A DNA stretch of 64,000 nt from Lingula anatina (taxonomy: Eukaryota > Animalia > Brachiopoda), in NCBI GenBank assembly GCA_051362555.1, contig CM120640.1, forward strand, positions 47,904,788 through 47,968,787, read 5' to 3'. Under the pieces are notes generated by a model. It made no database searches and was not told the origin of the DNA. It was given only the letters and a program-made list of their open reading frames with translations. The translations under genes were made by a program, and so were the position numbers. Each line of letters opens with the position of its first letter. The first letter of the stretch is position 1. Shown here one piece after another: positions 50,665-62,986 of the stretch.

Positions 50665-52428
50665 TTATAAAATAAAAAGGAAACCTGCATGTCCATTGAA
50701 TTCATGGAATTATTATGTTAATCAAACTAGACTAAACCTTACCATCCGGCATCATTCATTCAATTTGGAAAATTTGGAAAACCATAAAGAAGCATTTAAT
50801 AATGCAGCGGTATATAAAAGAACTGGTCTGTTAGATTTCGCATGCTGGCAGTATTTTGCTTGCATTTGAAGACGCGTTGAATTAATTGTCCTCATCATAC
50901 CTGATAAAGTTTATTTAAAAAAAAAACTGAAAAGGTATTTACAAGGTTGAAGAAGTATTACATACAGTAGTCTTTGCTTACAGAGATAGATTATAATGAA
51001 CAGAAAAATGGTTACCTTAAAAGGATACGCATTATTCATTTCCTTTTATCTAAAGTAAGAAAAATATTTTTAAAAGATAAAGCACAAGTGTTTCCGTAAA
51101 TATAGTATTCAGAATTCGACGTCCTCTCTGCTATTGATTAGACGGGTATTGTTCTTACCAGTACTTAGAACGCAAAATCAAAAATAAATTAATTGCTTCT
51201 TCTTTTTCTTGGCGTAGGAACGGGCCGGAAAATGTGCAACCATTCTCTGTACAGTTGCCCCCTGCTCGGATTCGACTTACAAAAGGTGTCTCGACCTTTT
51301 CTTAGTTTCTTAGATGTAACAAAAAGTGGTTAAGGATTGGAAGGCTTTTTGGTAATATTTAGCGCTTCTGACAGAGGTTTCACCTCTGGGGAGAGGGAAA
51401 TTACATTAGGCTCGCTATATACATTGGGCCTGATCAGTATCAGCATATTTATTAAGAAAATAAACCAGTTTACTTTCAATTTTGAGAGAAAACACTTATG
51501 CTCTCTCCGACCAGGTTCCGATTGGATATAATCTGGTACCGGGGTGCAGTGAGCAGTTATTTTCGAATGTAATACATGGTTGGTAAAATTGTAACTTGCA
51601 CAGAGGTCGCATACTATCTGGCCCCATCTCACCGACTCTAAATTGCATTTTCTTCGGTTACAAATCCCAACAAACTCCAATCAGGCTTAAAACAGATAAA
51701 ACAAGATCATTCACAAATTGCCATCAACTTAAATTGACCTCTTGTATAGCCATGTGGTGACTTTACGATTTACATTATGATTAATGGAATTAGCTTTAAA
51801 TGCATTAATTAATTAGATTCTGCGCCCCACAGGCTCTCTTTAGGAAAGATACAACTTACGCTTCATGTTTCATCCCTTCAGCGACAAAGACTTCTTAAGC
51901 AATTCTTCCTCGCCGCAGAAAACACGCTCGCTGTCTAAGATTGTTAGAATCTACCAGGAGACAATAAACGATTTCAGTTTTTTCAACAACTTACGTAATT
52001 ATATGTGCTGTTTACAACATGGAAATAAATTGAGAGATATTGGAGTGTTAATGTTCTTTAACGTATTCTTGTTGTTTTCCATTAAGTAAGGATTTCGACG
52101 CTTCAGTTAAGAACACTTTAGAGCGATATTGACTTTGGACATAAGAACGATTTTATCCGTGTCTTATGGCATGAAATTATCTTTTGGTACATACTCTTTC
52201 AATAATACTCTTTCGCGGTAATTACAATTATCAGTTAATCCTTTTGGTCTTTTTTATATGATAAACGCATTTACTTTCTTTTCTTCTTTTTTCGTGGAGG
52301 GTGGGGGTGGTCCCCTTGCCAATTCAAGTATAGGCCTATGTTACCTCTGTATCAGTGGCAGCAGCGAACAAATTCGGTATAACAGTGCAATCACTGCAGT
52401 CTAACACTGTCCACTCTTCGTTTTGCAG

Positions 52429-52587
52429 GTCTGGTTTCAGAACAGACGAGCAAAATGGCGGAAGCGTGAGAGGTATGGCCAGTTGCAGTCCATGCGAGCT
52501 ATGGCTACGGGGACGTCCCCGGGCTACGAGATGCCGATCGCTCCAAGACCAGATGCCTATCCACAAGTTCAAGTCAGCAACTTTCAG
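52429..52587 (+). CDS. Alx: Alx exon 3: [53 protein letters not shown]
   Basis: Acceptor ttttgcag|, donor CAG|GTAAGA; Q50 helix 3; post-homeodomain RERYGQ...YEMP motif typical of Alx rather than Arx/Rx. Confidence 0.95.
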
Positions 52588-53109
52588 GTAAGATGAATGA
52601 AGATAAACATTACAATAATCGGTAATAAAGATAGAGAAGCAACATGAGATATAGTGCCATCAGACAGCGGGGACAAATGTTGAATATGAGCACACTTATG
52701 GTTTTGGTACTCTATTGCACTATTATGAAGATCAAAAACTGATCTAATACATTTGAATACTACCAGTAAATTGCTGGGATTTTACTATAATGAATACGTG
52801 TATTTGTATGAGATATTATTGAACCTTCCAAGGTGCCGTATAGTGGTTTTACAAAATATTAGAACATATTATATTCATTATAGTTCTTGGCAAATTTACA
52901 CATTGTGCACAGTTTGGCTTCCCGTATTAAAGTATAGACGACATAACCATGCCCTTTCACTGTGTAGCTTGTGTGATTTGTAAACTGAATCTTGTTTTCG
53001 ACAATCAAGACGAGTTTTATTTAGATTGTCATTATTTGATTTAGCCCTTTTTTCTAGGTATTTCATTTATTCATCTGTCTATTTATCTATGTATTTCTTG
53101 ATTTTGCAG

Positions 53110-53430
53110 CCTATGCATCAGAACCAAATGTGGCCGAACAACGGCAACACTGCCTATTCCATGTCCAATATGAACGTGAACTCGTGTATGAACCCTCACC
53201 AAGCCATCCCAAACTTCATGAATCTATCGCACGTGGGCCAACTCGCGCAGCACAACGCGTCTCTGGCTCAACATAACGCTGCCCAGGCGCCGCACATGGG
53301 GTTACCGTGTACCCCCACCCAGACGCTAGACCCCTGTGATCAACGAAGGAGCTCCAGCATTGAGGCATTGAGACTTAAAGCCCGTGAACATAGCGTTAAT
53401 ATGGGTATGCTTAGTGCGTACGCTAAGTAG
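53110..53430 (+). CDS. Alx: Alx exon 4 with OAR domain (RSSSIEALRLKAREHS); full protein 326 aa
   Basis: Acceptor attttgcag|, phase 0, TAG at 53428-53430; candidate polyA signal AATAAA at 55023. Confidence 0.92.
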   Translation, partial: PMHQNQMWPNNGNTAYSMSNMNVNSCMNPHQAIPNFMNLSHVGQLAQHNASLAQHNAAQAPHMGLPCTPTQTLDPCDQRRSSSIEALRLKAREHSVNMGMLSAYAK

Positions 53431-54146
53431 GTTTAGTTAAATATGGACATGGTTGGGTGTCAAGTCGGTCGAAATGTCTTCAATCAAATAAAGAATAAAG
53501 ACAACATCGCCAAATAAGGTGAATTTCGTTTGGTTGGCAACATTACAATTGCTTAAACGCGTGGAAGGAGAGAAATTCGACGACAGCTGGATTTATAGTT
53601 TGACACTGCTTGAACTTGGTAGGACTACCTTGAAGAAGGTCCAAAAAGCCAAGGACGGGGACTGATGGCTGTTAAATTCCTTGACATCACTTTATCTAGG
53701 TAATATCACACTGAACCACGTTCTGTCTACGATTACGTCAATTTAAGATTTTTCTGTTCGAACAATGCAAGAGACAACTATCTCAATCTATATGGGAATC
53801 CATGGATATCAATCACGTTTTGCAGAAATGTTCACCAGATGAATTCAGCACATATATTGCAGATTTGTCCCATGTACAGAAAACAGGCAAATCACGCTGG
53901 ACAGCATTGATCACTATTATATGCAAAATAATCGGTTACGCAGAATCAGTGCTGCCAAGAAGTTGTGTGGAGTTAAAAACACTTTAATCCTGATGGTTTT
54001 GCTATTAAATCCGACATGACTGATATAGCAAAACGAACTTTGTGATCTTTCCGTCGCTTACAAAGTGCCTGAAGACGAAAGTTACGCCATAGAATTAGTA
54101 TCAGTAATGTTAAATACATCTTGATTGGCGAAAAAAGGCTTATGAT

Positions 54147-54308
54147 CCCTTAGCAATGTATTAGGCCTGCTGCTCCTTCTTGCAATTTAGCTGCAACTTT
54201 GCTGCAAATTAGCAGCAATAAAATATTTTTTGCAATCTCCTGCAAATTCGTAGCCGCAAACTTTTAGTTTACAGCAATATTGCTGCAAACTTTTCATTTT
54301 GCTGAGGG
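54147..54308. mobile_element. 162-bp MITE with CCC...GGG termini (EnSpm/CMC-like) in the Alx 3' region
   Basis: TIR CCCTTAGCAA / TTGCTGAGGG (1 mismatch); flanked by ATGAT on both sides; multiple internal (G)CTGCAA subterminal repeats. Confidence 0.75.
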
Positions 54309-55994
54309 ATGATCGCGAGTAACTGTAAGAAGCATATCTTTATGTTAAGATCTATAGTTTTGGAAAAACGACATCTTTGCTTGAAATCCGTCCAAATCTT
54401 TACAAAAGCTAATGTCGGCACTTTCTTTGTAAATTGAATTAAAGTATTAATATTTTTAGATAAAAAATGTAAATATGTATATATATTCAAATATGGTACT
54501 ATGTTTGATTTAAATTTTGACGCTAAGCTTCGCGCTTTAGAAATTACGAATGATCTACACTTTTTCACAAAATTCACCATATGAAATGAGTAAGATATTT
54601 ATTGTATATAGAAAAGTAAGATGAAATACCGGTGGATATAATATACACATATCATTTTATAACTTCATGGTATCCGTGAGAGTAGTGCGCGGGACATTAA
54701 CATACCAACCCTTTTAAAAAGGGGTTATGAAAAAAAATACTTTCAAGCTACACGTCAGCGCCGGTGAAAGATTTTCAAGACCTTAAGAATGTTTTCCTTT
54801 AATGCTTTATTAGGATATGCAAAAGAAAAGTTTTGTTAGTTTTTGGTTCTCAAAATATTTTATAATTTCAGTGCTTTTGCTCGTTTATCAGCTGATGGAA
54901 TTTTGAATCACCGCATTCACAAAGTGCCTTCAGAACTATTTTACCTGTATTGATGAATGATGCCATATTAATCAAGATACTATAAATCATTCTGATGTGA
55001 TATTTTCAGTGCCAAACGTTGCAATAAAATGTAAATAAATGTAGTCATAGGGTTAAGATGGCTAAAGTATTTTGTTATTATTTGAATAAGGTTAGTAGTT
55101 TAGTACAATCATGTTTGATTCAGAGTGAGCGACCAGAACACTTATGTATATGTTCGACATGCAAATGTCAGGAAAATCCTGTAAAGCAGAGGTTTATATC
55201 GAGTTTGATAAGAAAAAGGGAAAACATCCAAGGTAAAACGTTTTAAATTTCAGAGCAAATCCAGGTGAAAGGGTCTCTGCCGCCGCTCTTAATCTGTAAT
55301 ACCAAAGTTGAAATGACATAACTTTCCAATTCTAAACAGACGCCTATCATGCGCCAAATCTCGCTTGTGTACATGCAATGCTTTTAAAGGTGCTGGCATG
55401 TCACAGAGTATTGCTCTCTAGTAAACAATATGAAGAATGTAAACAAAGAATGAAAACTGAAAAACGTACATCAACTATGAGACAATGTTTTTTGGATCAA
55501 ATTTCATTTGCAATTTAAGATAACCTAGAAAGAAATGAGACACTTTAAAGAGACCTGTTGCGTTGTGTGATGGTTCGATGCTATCGTTAATCACAAACTT
55601 ATTTACTGGATGTTATAGTAAGCCCCGTTTATTCACAATGAAAATAAGTTATATAACAATTTTGTAAATTACACAAACAAGTCACTTTGAATATTATACA
55701 AAAAGTATTTTAAAATTTACACTTTTACTCATATTTATTTTACCACACCATAAAGAATAATTAAACTAAGTACTAACTGGTTCTGAAGAAGCTATGGAAA
55801 TCTATTCAACTTGACAGGAATACGCAAAATAGATGACAAAAGTTTGTCAAACAAAGCAAAGGCAGTAGGTTTGCACCTGATAACATCAGAAATCATGGGT
55901 GTTTATATTATCAATCTAAAAATCTGTGAAAAATAATGATAAATATGATATGTACAATTTGAAAATTATTTAATTAATTGTGCAATAAATATGC

Positions 55995-55997
55995 AAA

Positions 55998-56048
<51 letters not shown>

Positions 56049-56049
56049 A
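55995..56049. repeat. (TAAA)n microsatellite
   Basis: Direct read; lies in the presumed 3' UTR of gene 5. Confidence 0.95.
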
Positions 56050-56767
56050 AGTAGTAAGTAAATATTAGGACTATTATGCAATGACCAAGCCAGAGTCTCT
56101 TTGTTTTAATTTACATTGCTCACCACTGGGGGAGTTGGTAAATAAATGGAAAGGTCATTGATACAGATTTATGCTAGAACTATCTTAGCCAAATTCAATT
56201 TCACAATAAAGATTAATTTTCAGTAGCTTTCTGAACCCAATTCAGTTATTCTTTCAATTATCACCAGGTATAAGACAATGTTGTTTCTTTGTGTACTTCT
56301 CGTACCTTCTTTGAAGGTTTTAATTGTAAGCTTTTTTGCCTTCTAAGAATCACTTTACTAGTAGGCATGCAATGTAGTCAAGATTCTGTGGGGATGATAT
56401 TTCCTTTGGACTCTGTATCTGGAATTCACACTTGCAGTCTACATAATGAGCATTTCTAAAAGCCCAGGAGAGATACATTGCAATTTTTAGTCTGGTTAAC
56501 ATATGGAGAAATAAACAGTTGTAGAGCATTCACTTAATAACAGAGTAATTTCACGGCCACAAGCCCAGTATGGCTCCTAAGATTTGATTCATCTTTTCCT
56601 GAGTGAGAGTATCTATATTGTTTGCTCAGACGGGTGTCAAATTTGAAAAACTTGTTCTTTCAGTGCCTGCCAAATCCACTATATATACGAGATCTATTGG
56701 CCTTTTCCTCGAGGTTTTCATTCCTCATGCTCAAGTGAAGAACACATTGCCCAGTAAATCCAGCAAC

Positions 56768-56836
56768 TCACAATCTACTAAGTCCAGTGTCTAGGATGTA
56801 TTCTGTGCTTTTGGCTTTCCTCTTGTAAAGTGGATT
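56768..56836 (-). CDS. Gene 5 last exon: NPLYKRKAKSTEYILDTGLSRL*
   Basis: tttaaacag|, TGA at 56770-56768; candidate minus-strand AATAAA at 55633-55628. Confidence 0.8.
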   Translation of the reverse strand, partial: NPLYKRKAKSTEYILDTGLSRL

Positions 56837-57410
56837 CTGTTTAAATAAAAAAGAGAACCTAATTTTATGCTCTCAAGTATCTAGATACTCTGTTCTGTAT
56901 TTAAGTCTGTTCGGTATACAATACACATTTAAAAGACCCCCATCTAAAATTCAATTTTTGTGTAATTACCCAGGTTCAGATTACACACTGAGTAACCTGG
57001 TTTGGAAGCTTAGGGGGGCAATCCACTTAAACAGGTTTTGTTGACTTTTTTTGCCATTTTCCCTAAATGCTTGAAATGAACTTCACTTCTTCATTTATTC
57101 ATCATGAAATACAAATGGTGAAATGTACAGATATTTTTTTTAAACTTTTATGATAGATAAAATGTATCCTTTTTCTATACCAAATATCAAATTCTGTTTG
57201 GGGAACAAACTTCATTACCACTACATGTATGAGCCTCTGTGCTTGATTTCCAATGTCAATTGTTTTAATGCAACTCATGCAATTTAAATTGAAGAAAAAA
57301 TTGTGCCCTCTATGCCTTTATGCAAATACAAGAAAAATAAAAGTCTTGTTAAATCTTCAAAAGGCGTATGCAATATCAGGTGTTTTTAAAATAATCCTTA
57401 TTCTACTTAC

Positions 57411-57497
57411 CTGGAAGCTATTCACAGTGTTATACCTGTGGCCCTCTTGGGCATCTGTGGCATTCATTGTGTTGCTGTATTCCTGAGGATCAAGAAG
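57411..57497 (-). CDS. Gene 5 exon: LLDPQEYSNTMNATDAQEGHRYNTVNSFQ
   Basis: cttttacag| ... CAG|GTAAGT; phase 0-0. Confidence 0.85.
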
Positions 57498-57765
57498 CTG
57501 TAAAAGAAGAAGGCATAATTCTAATATTATACAATGCATTAAAATTTTACAAGACTCTTCATGCTAGCAATAGGGTTTCTAAATATCCAAAGCGCAACCA
57601 AATATTTCATTTAGATAAGTACAAAATTCTAAATGAGCATCCATGAATATCAAAATGTGGAAATCTAATCAAAATGTTCCACGTTTAATAAATAACAAGT
57701 ATAACTTCAACATATATCTCTTACAGAGACAGTTATCTCTTTTTGCTCCAATGTATATTTCTTAC

Positions 57766-58324
57766 CAATTCGTCAGCACATCTTATAGGTTCAGATGTAG
57801 TTGACATTCTATCCTCTTCAGAACCCCCGACAAACCTTTTGGTCTTCAATATCCCCCCTTTGTTATTACTGTAGCCTTGAGGGAAAGAAGACATCATAAT
57901 TGCCTCACTGGACTGAAACCTGCGTGGATTGCGTGGAGACTCAGGTGGGCTTGGAACCATGGACAATGCATGGTGGGATTGGCTAAAGTTACTCAGATTC
58001 CTCCTGGGAGGCGGAATTGGGGTATGAGAGGCTGAAGAAGGCCATTTTTTGTGGCTCATAGGTGGAGTCATGCTGATAGAAACATTGATTCCAAAATCCT
58101 GGGACTGATGCTGAGGAGAGCGTGATGGTGTCTGAGGTGGCGTTTGCCAGCTACGTTGAGATGGGGTTGCAGTGGAGGTGGGACCTTGGTATAGGTGGCG
58201 TTGTTGCTGGCTAGAAGGAATGGTCAAGTTGTTGTCTCTAGGCAGCGACATAAAAGCTGATTCCAACTGAGATGGAGGCCTGGCACACATGGCTAGATGG
58301 CGCTTAATGGCTTCAGCTTTTCCA
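57766..58324 (-). CDS. Gene 5 exon, Pro/Ser-rich cytoplasmic tail
   Basis: tttaag| phase 2, in frame with ORF 57733-58290; donor TTG|GTAAGA. Confidence 0.85.
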
Positions 58325-58618
58325 CTTAAATTAAATATTTAGCAACAACTTTGAAAAAATAATATTAAGGGAAAAAAATCAAACAATGCAAGTGAAAATT
58401 CAAAAATATATCAAGTACATCTAATTCTAATGTATTACTTATACATTGTAGTTTGACAAAATTATAATAATTACACCAACAATAATGGTGATAAATGAAA
58501 AAAGTCCATTATCTACATTATATTCTCAAGAGATATTTTAAGTACAACTTAGCATTAAGAGCTAAAACCTGACAAGCAACATACAGCTGCATAATACAAA
58601 ACAATGTAGCTGACCTAC

Positions 58619-58709
58619 CTTTTTCTGGCAAATATGACACACAAACAGCAGGTGATCAAGGTAACCAGGATAAATCCACAAAACACACACAGAATAATGA
58701 CAAAAGCTA
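58619..58709 (-). CDS. Gene 5 exon, transmembrane helix: LAFVIILCVFCGFILVTLITCCLCVIFARK
   Basis: tttttag| ... AG|GTAGGT; phase 1-2; hydrophobic stretch followed by basic residues. Confidence 0.85.
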
Positions 58710-58912
58710 CTAAAAATCAAAGAAAAAAATATTAAAATATTTATACTCATATCATTTACTATAATAATTCTAAGTATAACCTATTAGCATTCAATCAAAT
58801 TTTAGCCTTTTTATTTTCTATTAATATGATTTATAATCAAATACTTAAAACATCTTGCATTACAAAAGTTCAAAGATAACATAAATACAATAAAACATAA
58901 ATTGCAACTTAC

Positions 58913-58959
58913 AATACCCATTTAGCTGACAATGCTTCCCTACAAACCAATTGATGCAC
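58913..58959 (-). CDS. Gene 5 exon, EGF part 2: CINWFVGKHCQLNGY
   Basis: ttttcag| ... |GTAAGT; phase 2-1. Confidence 0.85.
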
Positions 58960-59150
58960 CTGAAAATGGTAAGGAAATTCTCCTGAAGAAAACAGATTCT
59001 ATAACATGACTGTGCAAGTACATGAAAAGTAAATCAAATATAAAATGTTAGCATGATCCCTCACATTCCTCCCTACATATACTTTATATCATTATCAGAC
59101 AATATATATATGCTGGAACAGCAGTAGTGACATATGTTATTAACACTGAC

Positions 59151-59211
59151 CTGCACATTTGTTCACCCTCCACATTGTCACATACGCCTCCATTCAGGCA
59201 GCTACAGGACA
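59151..59211 (-). CDS. Gene 5 exon, EGF part 1: LSCSCLNGGVCDNVEGEQMCR
   Basis: ctatag| ... AG|GTCAGT; CLNGG motif; phase 1-2. Confidence 0.85.
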
Positions 59212-59520
59212 CTATAGTGAAAATGTGAAATACATCAACACATATTACCAAAATCATATTCCCTTTTAAACTTCAGGCATTCTTTTAATTGTTGGAACAT
59301 ATCCTCAGTATGGCAAACATTCTAATACATTTACACAAGGTTGTTATTATTTTCCTCTTTAACACTCATAAAGGTTTTTTTAGACTAGATTCAAAAAGAG
59401 TGGGAAGAACAATGAGAACATTGCTGTCATTTTCCCCTACAATGTCCTTAGGAAGATATTTTCACTTACAGGGTTTTATGGAGCTGTAGTGAGTTAATAT
59501 GGCAAAAAATGTGTACTCAC

Positions 59521-59670
59521 ATATACATTTTTCCCCTGGCACCAGTGAGAGTTGAGGAGACACATCACTGTAACCTTCCTTACACAGGCAGGAGAATGCA
59601 CTCTCAACATGGATACATTGGGCATTCACATCACAGTAATTAAATAAGGGGTCTTCACATGCATCAACCT
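59521..59670 (-). CDS. Gene 5 exon, Ca-binding-type EGF: EVDACEDPLFNYCDVNAQCIHVESAFSCLCKEGYSDVSPQLSLVPGEKCI
   Basis: ttgtag| ... |GTGAGT; six-Cys EGF spacing; phase 1-1. Confidence 0.9.
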
Positions 59671-59970
59671 CTACAATGTATAAGTGGTGAAATGTTACAG
59701 CACAAATGGTTTATAATATCCTTTTTTTAATAGAATGCAATTTTTAAAATCAGAAGACAAGAGACTGTCCTTTTCTATTAAACTGATGAAGTTAACTTTT
59801 TCTAATCTGTTTTTTACTGTTTGATGCAGATACAATACTTTAAAAGTGACTAATACTAATCTTAAACAAATATCAAGAACAGTCTGGGAAATAAACAAAA
59901 ATATTTCCACATTAGGATAACTCAAAACATCAGATGAAATAAATACTATTCTAAATAGCTGAAGACATAC

Positions 59971-60112
59971 CGGATGTAGTAATAGAGTTGAAAAAGTTAT
60001 CAACAGGGCTGTCTTGGGACCCTATGATTAAATCTGTTCCCTTTATCACAGTAGTGCCATCTGGTGAGTGTTGCTTCATCATATTCAAACCAGTTTGTAT
60101 GGCTCCCTTGAT
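59971..60112 (-). CDS. Gene 5 exon, SEA end: IKGAIQTGLNMMKQHSPDGTTVIKGTDLIIGSQDSPVDNFFNSITTS
   Basis: ttctcag| ... G|GTATGT; phase 0-1. Confidence 0.8.
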
Positions 60113-60553
60113 CTGAGAATACAGAAAAAAAGGATCAAATGTCAGTTAAACTTCACTGAAACTGTCTCATATTATTATAGGCAAAACAAAGTATATGTCC
60201 TGCCATTGGGTCTAAGTATTGACCTAAAATCTACACCTAACTTTTACAATATTGGAACTAAATGCTTAACTTTTGAAAACAATTGCAAATGCTGTTGGCA
60301 CTAACCCTGTGTTTATTATGCATCTAGGGGGAGCATTTAGATAGACACATTATACTAGTTAAGACACTCTCAGCTAAACTGAATGACAAGCCTCCTCGAG
60401 CAGCTAGTTACAAGTTACATGTAATTACCCCCTAGCTGCTTGAGGAGGCTTGCAGGGGGGATTCCATTGATTGCACTTAGCAAAAATCCCCCACAGAGAA
60501 CGACTGACCCAGTCTACCACTCTGTAAGAGTACCGACTTAAAAAGTCACTTAC

Positions 60554-60682
60554 ATCACGGCCAGTGGCCAACACCTCCCTATCTATGGCCAACTCTATAT
60601 CAGTTTTAGTGCTCCCCTCACTGTAGCCAGCCACATGGACCCCCAGTAGTACAGAGTGCAAACTGCTACCTGCATCCATCAG
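60554..60682 (-). CDS. Gene 5 exon, SEA middle: LMDAGSSLHSVLLGVHVAGYSEGSTKTDIELAIDREVLATGRD
   Basis: gttaaag| ... |GTAAGT; phase 0-0. Confidence 0.75.
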
Positions 60683-60981
60683 CTTTAACAAACAGGGAAA
60701 GTGTTGGGGTTGTAAAATATATTGAATACTGGTGGAAAAAGACTGTTTAAATAATTATTCATACATGATGACTATTATTTTCATTACACTATGGTTTCTT
60801 AAAAAATGCAAAATTTATAACATCAACATAAGAGGTTTACAATTTAATACAAAACTTCATTTTAAAACATAGAAAAGTGTTTGAACAAATAAAAAAACTC
60901 TTGATCTGGAATTAATTCAGATTTTCTGATGAATTAGTCAGATAGGACCAGAAAAGGTAAGACCAGCTGCAAAACACTTAC

Positions 60982-61091
60982 AGAATATTCAACCTGGCTT
61001 GAAAAATTTTTGTAGTAGGAAGACTTTGGATCTTGTAACTCTGACCTGTAGGTATTCAAGAATGTCATGCTTCCTTTGATGTACCTTACAC
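60982..61091 (-). CDS. Gene 5 exon, SEA domain start: GVRYIKGSMTFLNTYRSELQDPKSSYYKNFSSQVEYS
   Basis: ttttcag| ... |GTAAGT; phase 1-0; SEA-like ELxDPxSxxY motif. Confidence 0.85.
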
Positions 61092-61402
61092 CTGAAAATA
61101 TAAGATCAAACCAAAGGGTTGGTTAACAATTTTTTACCTAAATCAAGTTTCATCAAATCCATTACCAAGTTAAGACAAAGACATAAATCATACTTCTGGA
61201 ATCATCATTGAAAAATTCTGAAGAAGTATGTACTTCATTATTCTTGTCTTGTAATGGAAAATGAAAACAATATGTTACAAATATAAAATATTTCCCTGAT
61301 GAAATTTTGCTCAAAAATATTTCAAAAGGTTTTTTTCATTACAAATGTCTAAGCTGATCTTTTATAACTTAAGAACATCAGTCCTGTAGCTTCCACCCAT
61401 AC

Positions 61403-62986
61403 CAATGCATTTCCCTGTCTTTCCATCTCTTATATAACTGTGCAGACATTCACAATTAGAAATCTGAATGCCAGCATTAGCCACACAGCGTTCATAGTTC
61501 TCAACATCACAACCATCATGGCTGACAGGGTCACATGACCCATGACTCTCAATTTCAATTGGCGAATGCTCTTTGTCTCCAGGTGGCCTTGCTGTTACCA
61601 CTGGCAATGTCATATTCGTGTCATTTGTTTTTATCCTATAAACTTCTGGCTTCATATCTATCTCAATATCGGGAGTTATGCTTTGAGTTGACAATATGGT
61701 TTGCTCAGTAGAAGTGGTGACAGCATCCTGAGAACAGGTTAAATTAAATTCAGATGTGACTGTACTGCTAGGAAAAGCTGTGGTGGCTTGTGGATCATAC
61801 GTTGGTGACCTTGCTGTCTGATTCTTCACTTGATACATTATATTTCTTGTTATGTTTGTTACACTAGAAAGCATCTCTGTCTCCACATTTGCAGATGGAA
61901 ATGTAGCATTATCATTAGAATTAGATGAGGCACTAGTCTTTTCTGCAGCAGAATTATTTACACTGTCTGGAATATTTCTCTCCAATTCTCTGTTCACAGA
62001 AACAGGTCTTTTTTCTTTACTAGGCTCTAATGGTGAAACTGTTTGGGTATACTGTATAGGAGTAGTGAAGGTAGACTTTTCTTCAGCAGAAAGTTTTGGG
62101 GAAGAGGTTGTCAATTCAACAGTCACAGTAGAATTATTTCCATCTTGATTTTCTGAAGCAGGACTGGCATCTCCTTTAGTGGAGGTAGAACCCTGTAAAC
62201 TAGAATGTTCCCTGAAGTGACCAGGATGGGAGGCAGATGCCACAGTTTTTGAAGTTTTTTTCACTGGACCATGACTACTTTCTTCTCGTGGTGCGATGGA
62301 CCTCTGAAGGTGGTCTGCTCCACTGTGTGCATTCTCACCAAATATTGTGTGAATATGCGGGGCAGTAGACCCCGACTTCTTTTGTACTGATGTCAGAGAT
62401 CCTCGTGGTGCTGTCCTGTGTATCACAGGAGAATTGGATGGTGTTCTTGAACTATATGCTACAGTCGTGTTTTTTACTCTTTTCGGTTGATATGGCACTC
62501 TTGGACTATATGATTCAGTGATCTCATGTGGTATTCCAGGCCCTGGGGTTTTGGTGCTGTCAGTAGGACTTACAGGTTGTGGTAGTGACCCAGAATTACT
62601 TGGAAGTCTTGCCCTGTGTGTTGGAGCATAAGCAACAGGAACTTTGGGTTTGTGAGACACGGTGGGTACTCTAAACTCCTGTGGCACTCTGGTACCATTT
62701 TGTTCTCTAGCCTCATGTGGTCTGTTGGGGTATTTTGGTACATTAGGCTTGTTTGGCACTCTTTGATCATCTGAAGTATGAGGCTGGTGTGGTATATCTT
62801 GGTCTTGCAGCGTTTTACCATCCAGTGGCTTTGTTGCATCAGAAGGTGCCTCTCTTCTCAGCAAGTGCCCCCTGTGCATTTCTGCACGTGCTGCCACACC
62901 CCTCACATTGCCACGGACTGTCAGCTTTATCCACCTTGAGGTCTGAGGACTCTGTACACCCAAGGGATGCCAATCATAAAATTTTG
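61403..62986 (-). CDS. Gene 5 (transmembrane SEA/EGF mucin) large exon: Pro/Ser/Thr mucin region plus first EGF-like domain
   Basis: Acceptor tctatttttag| (AG 62988-62987), donor ATTG|GTATGG; 1584 nt, phase 1-1; ends CDPVSHDGCDVENYERCV...CECLHSYIRDGKTGKCI; signal-peptide exon not seen in window. Confidence 0.85.

Noticed and set aside
53026-53109. Hydrophobic N-terminal part of ORF 53026-53430
   Set aside because: Polypyrimidine tract upstream of the exon 4 acceptor.
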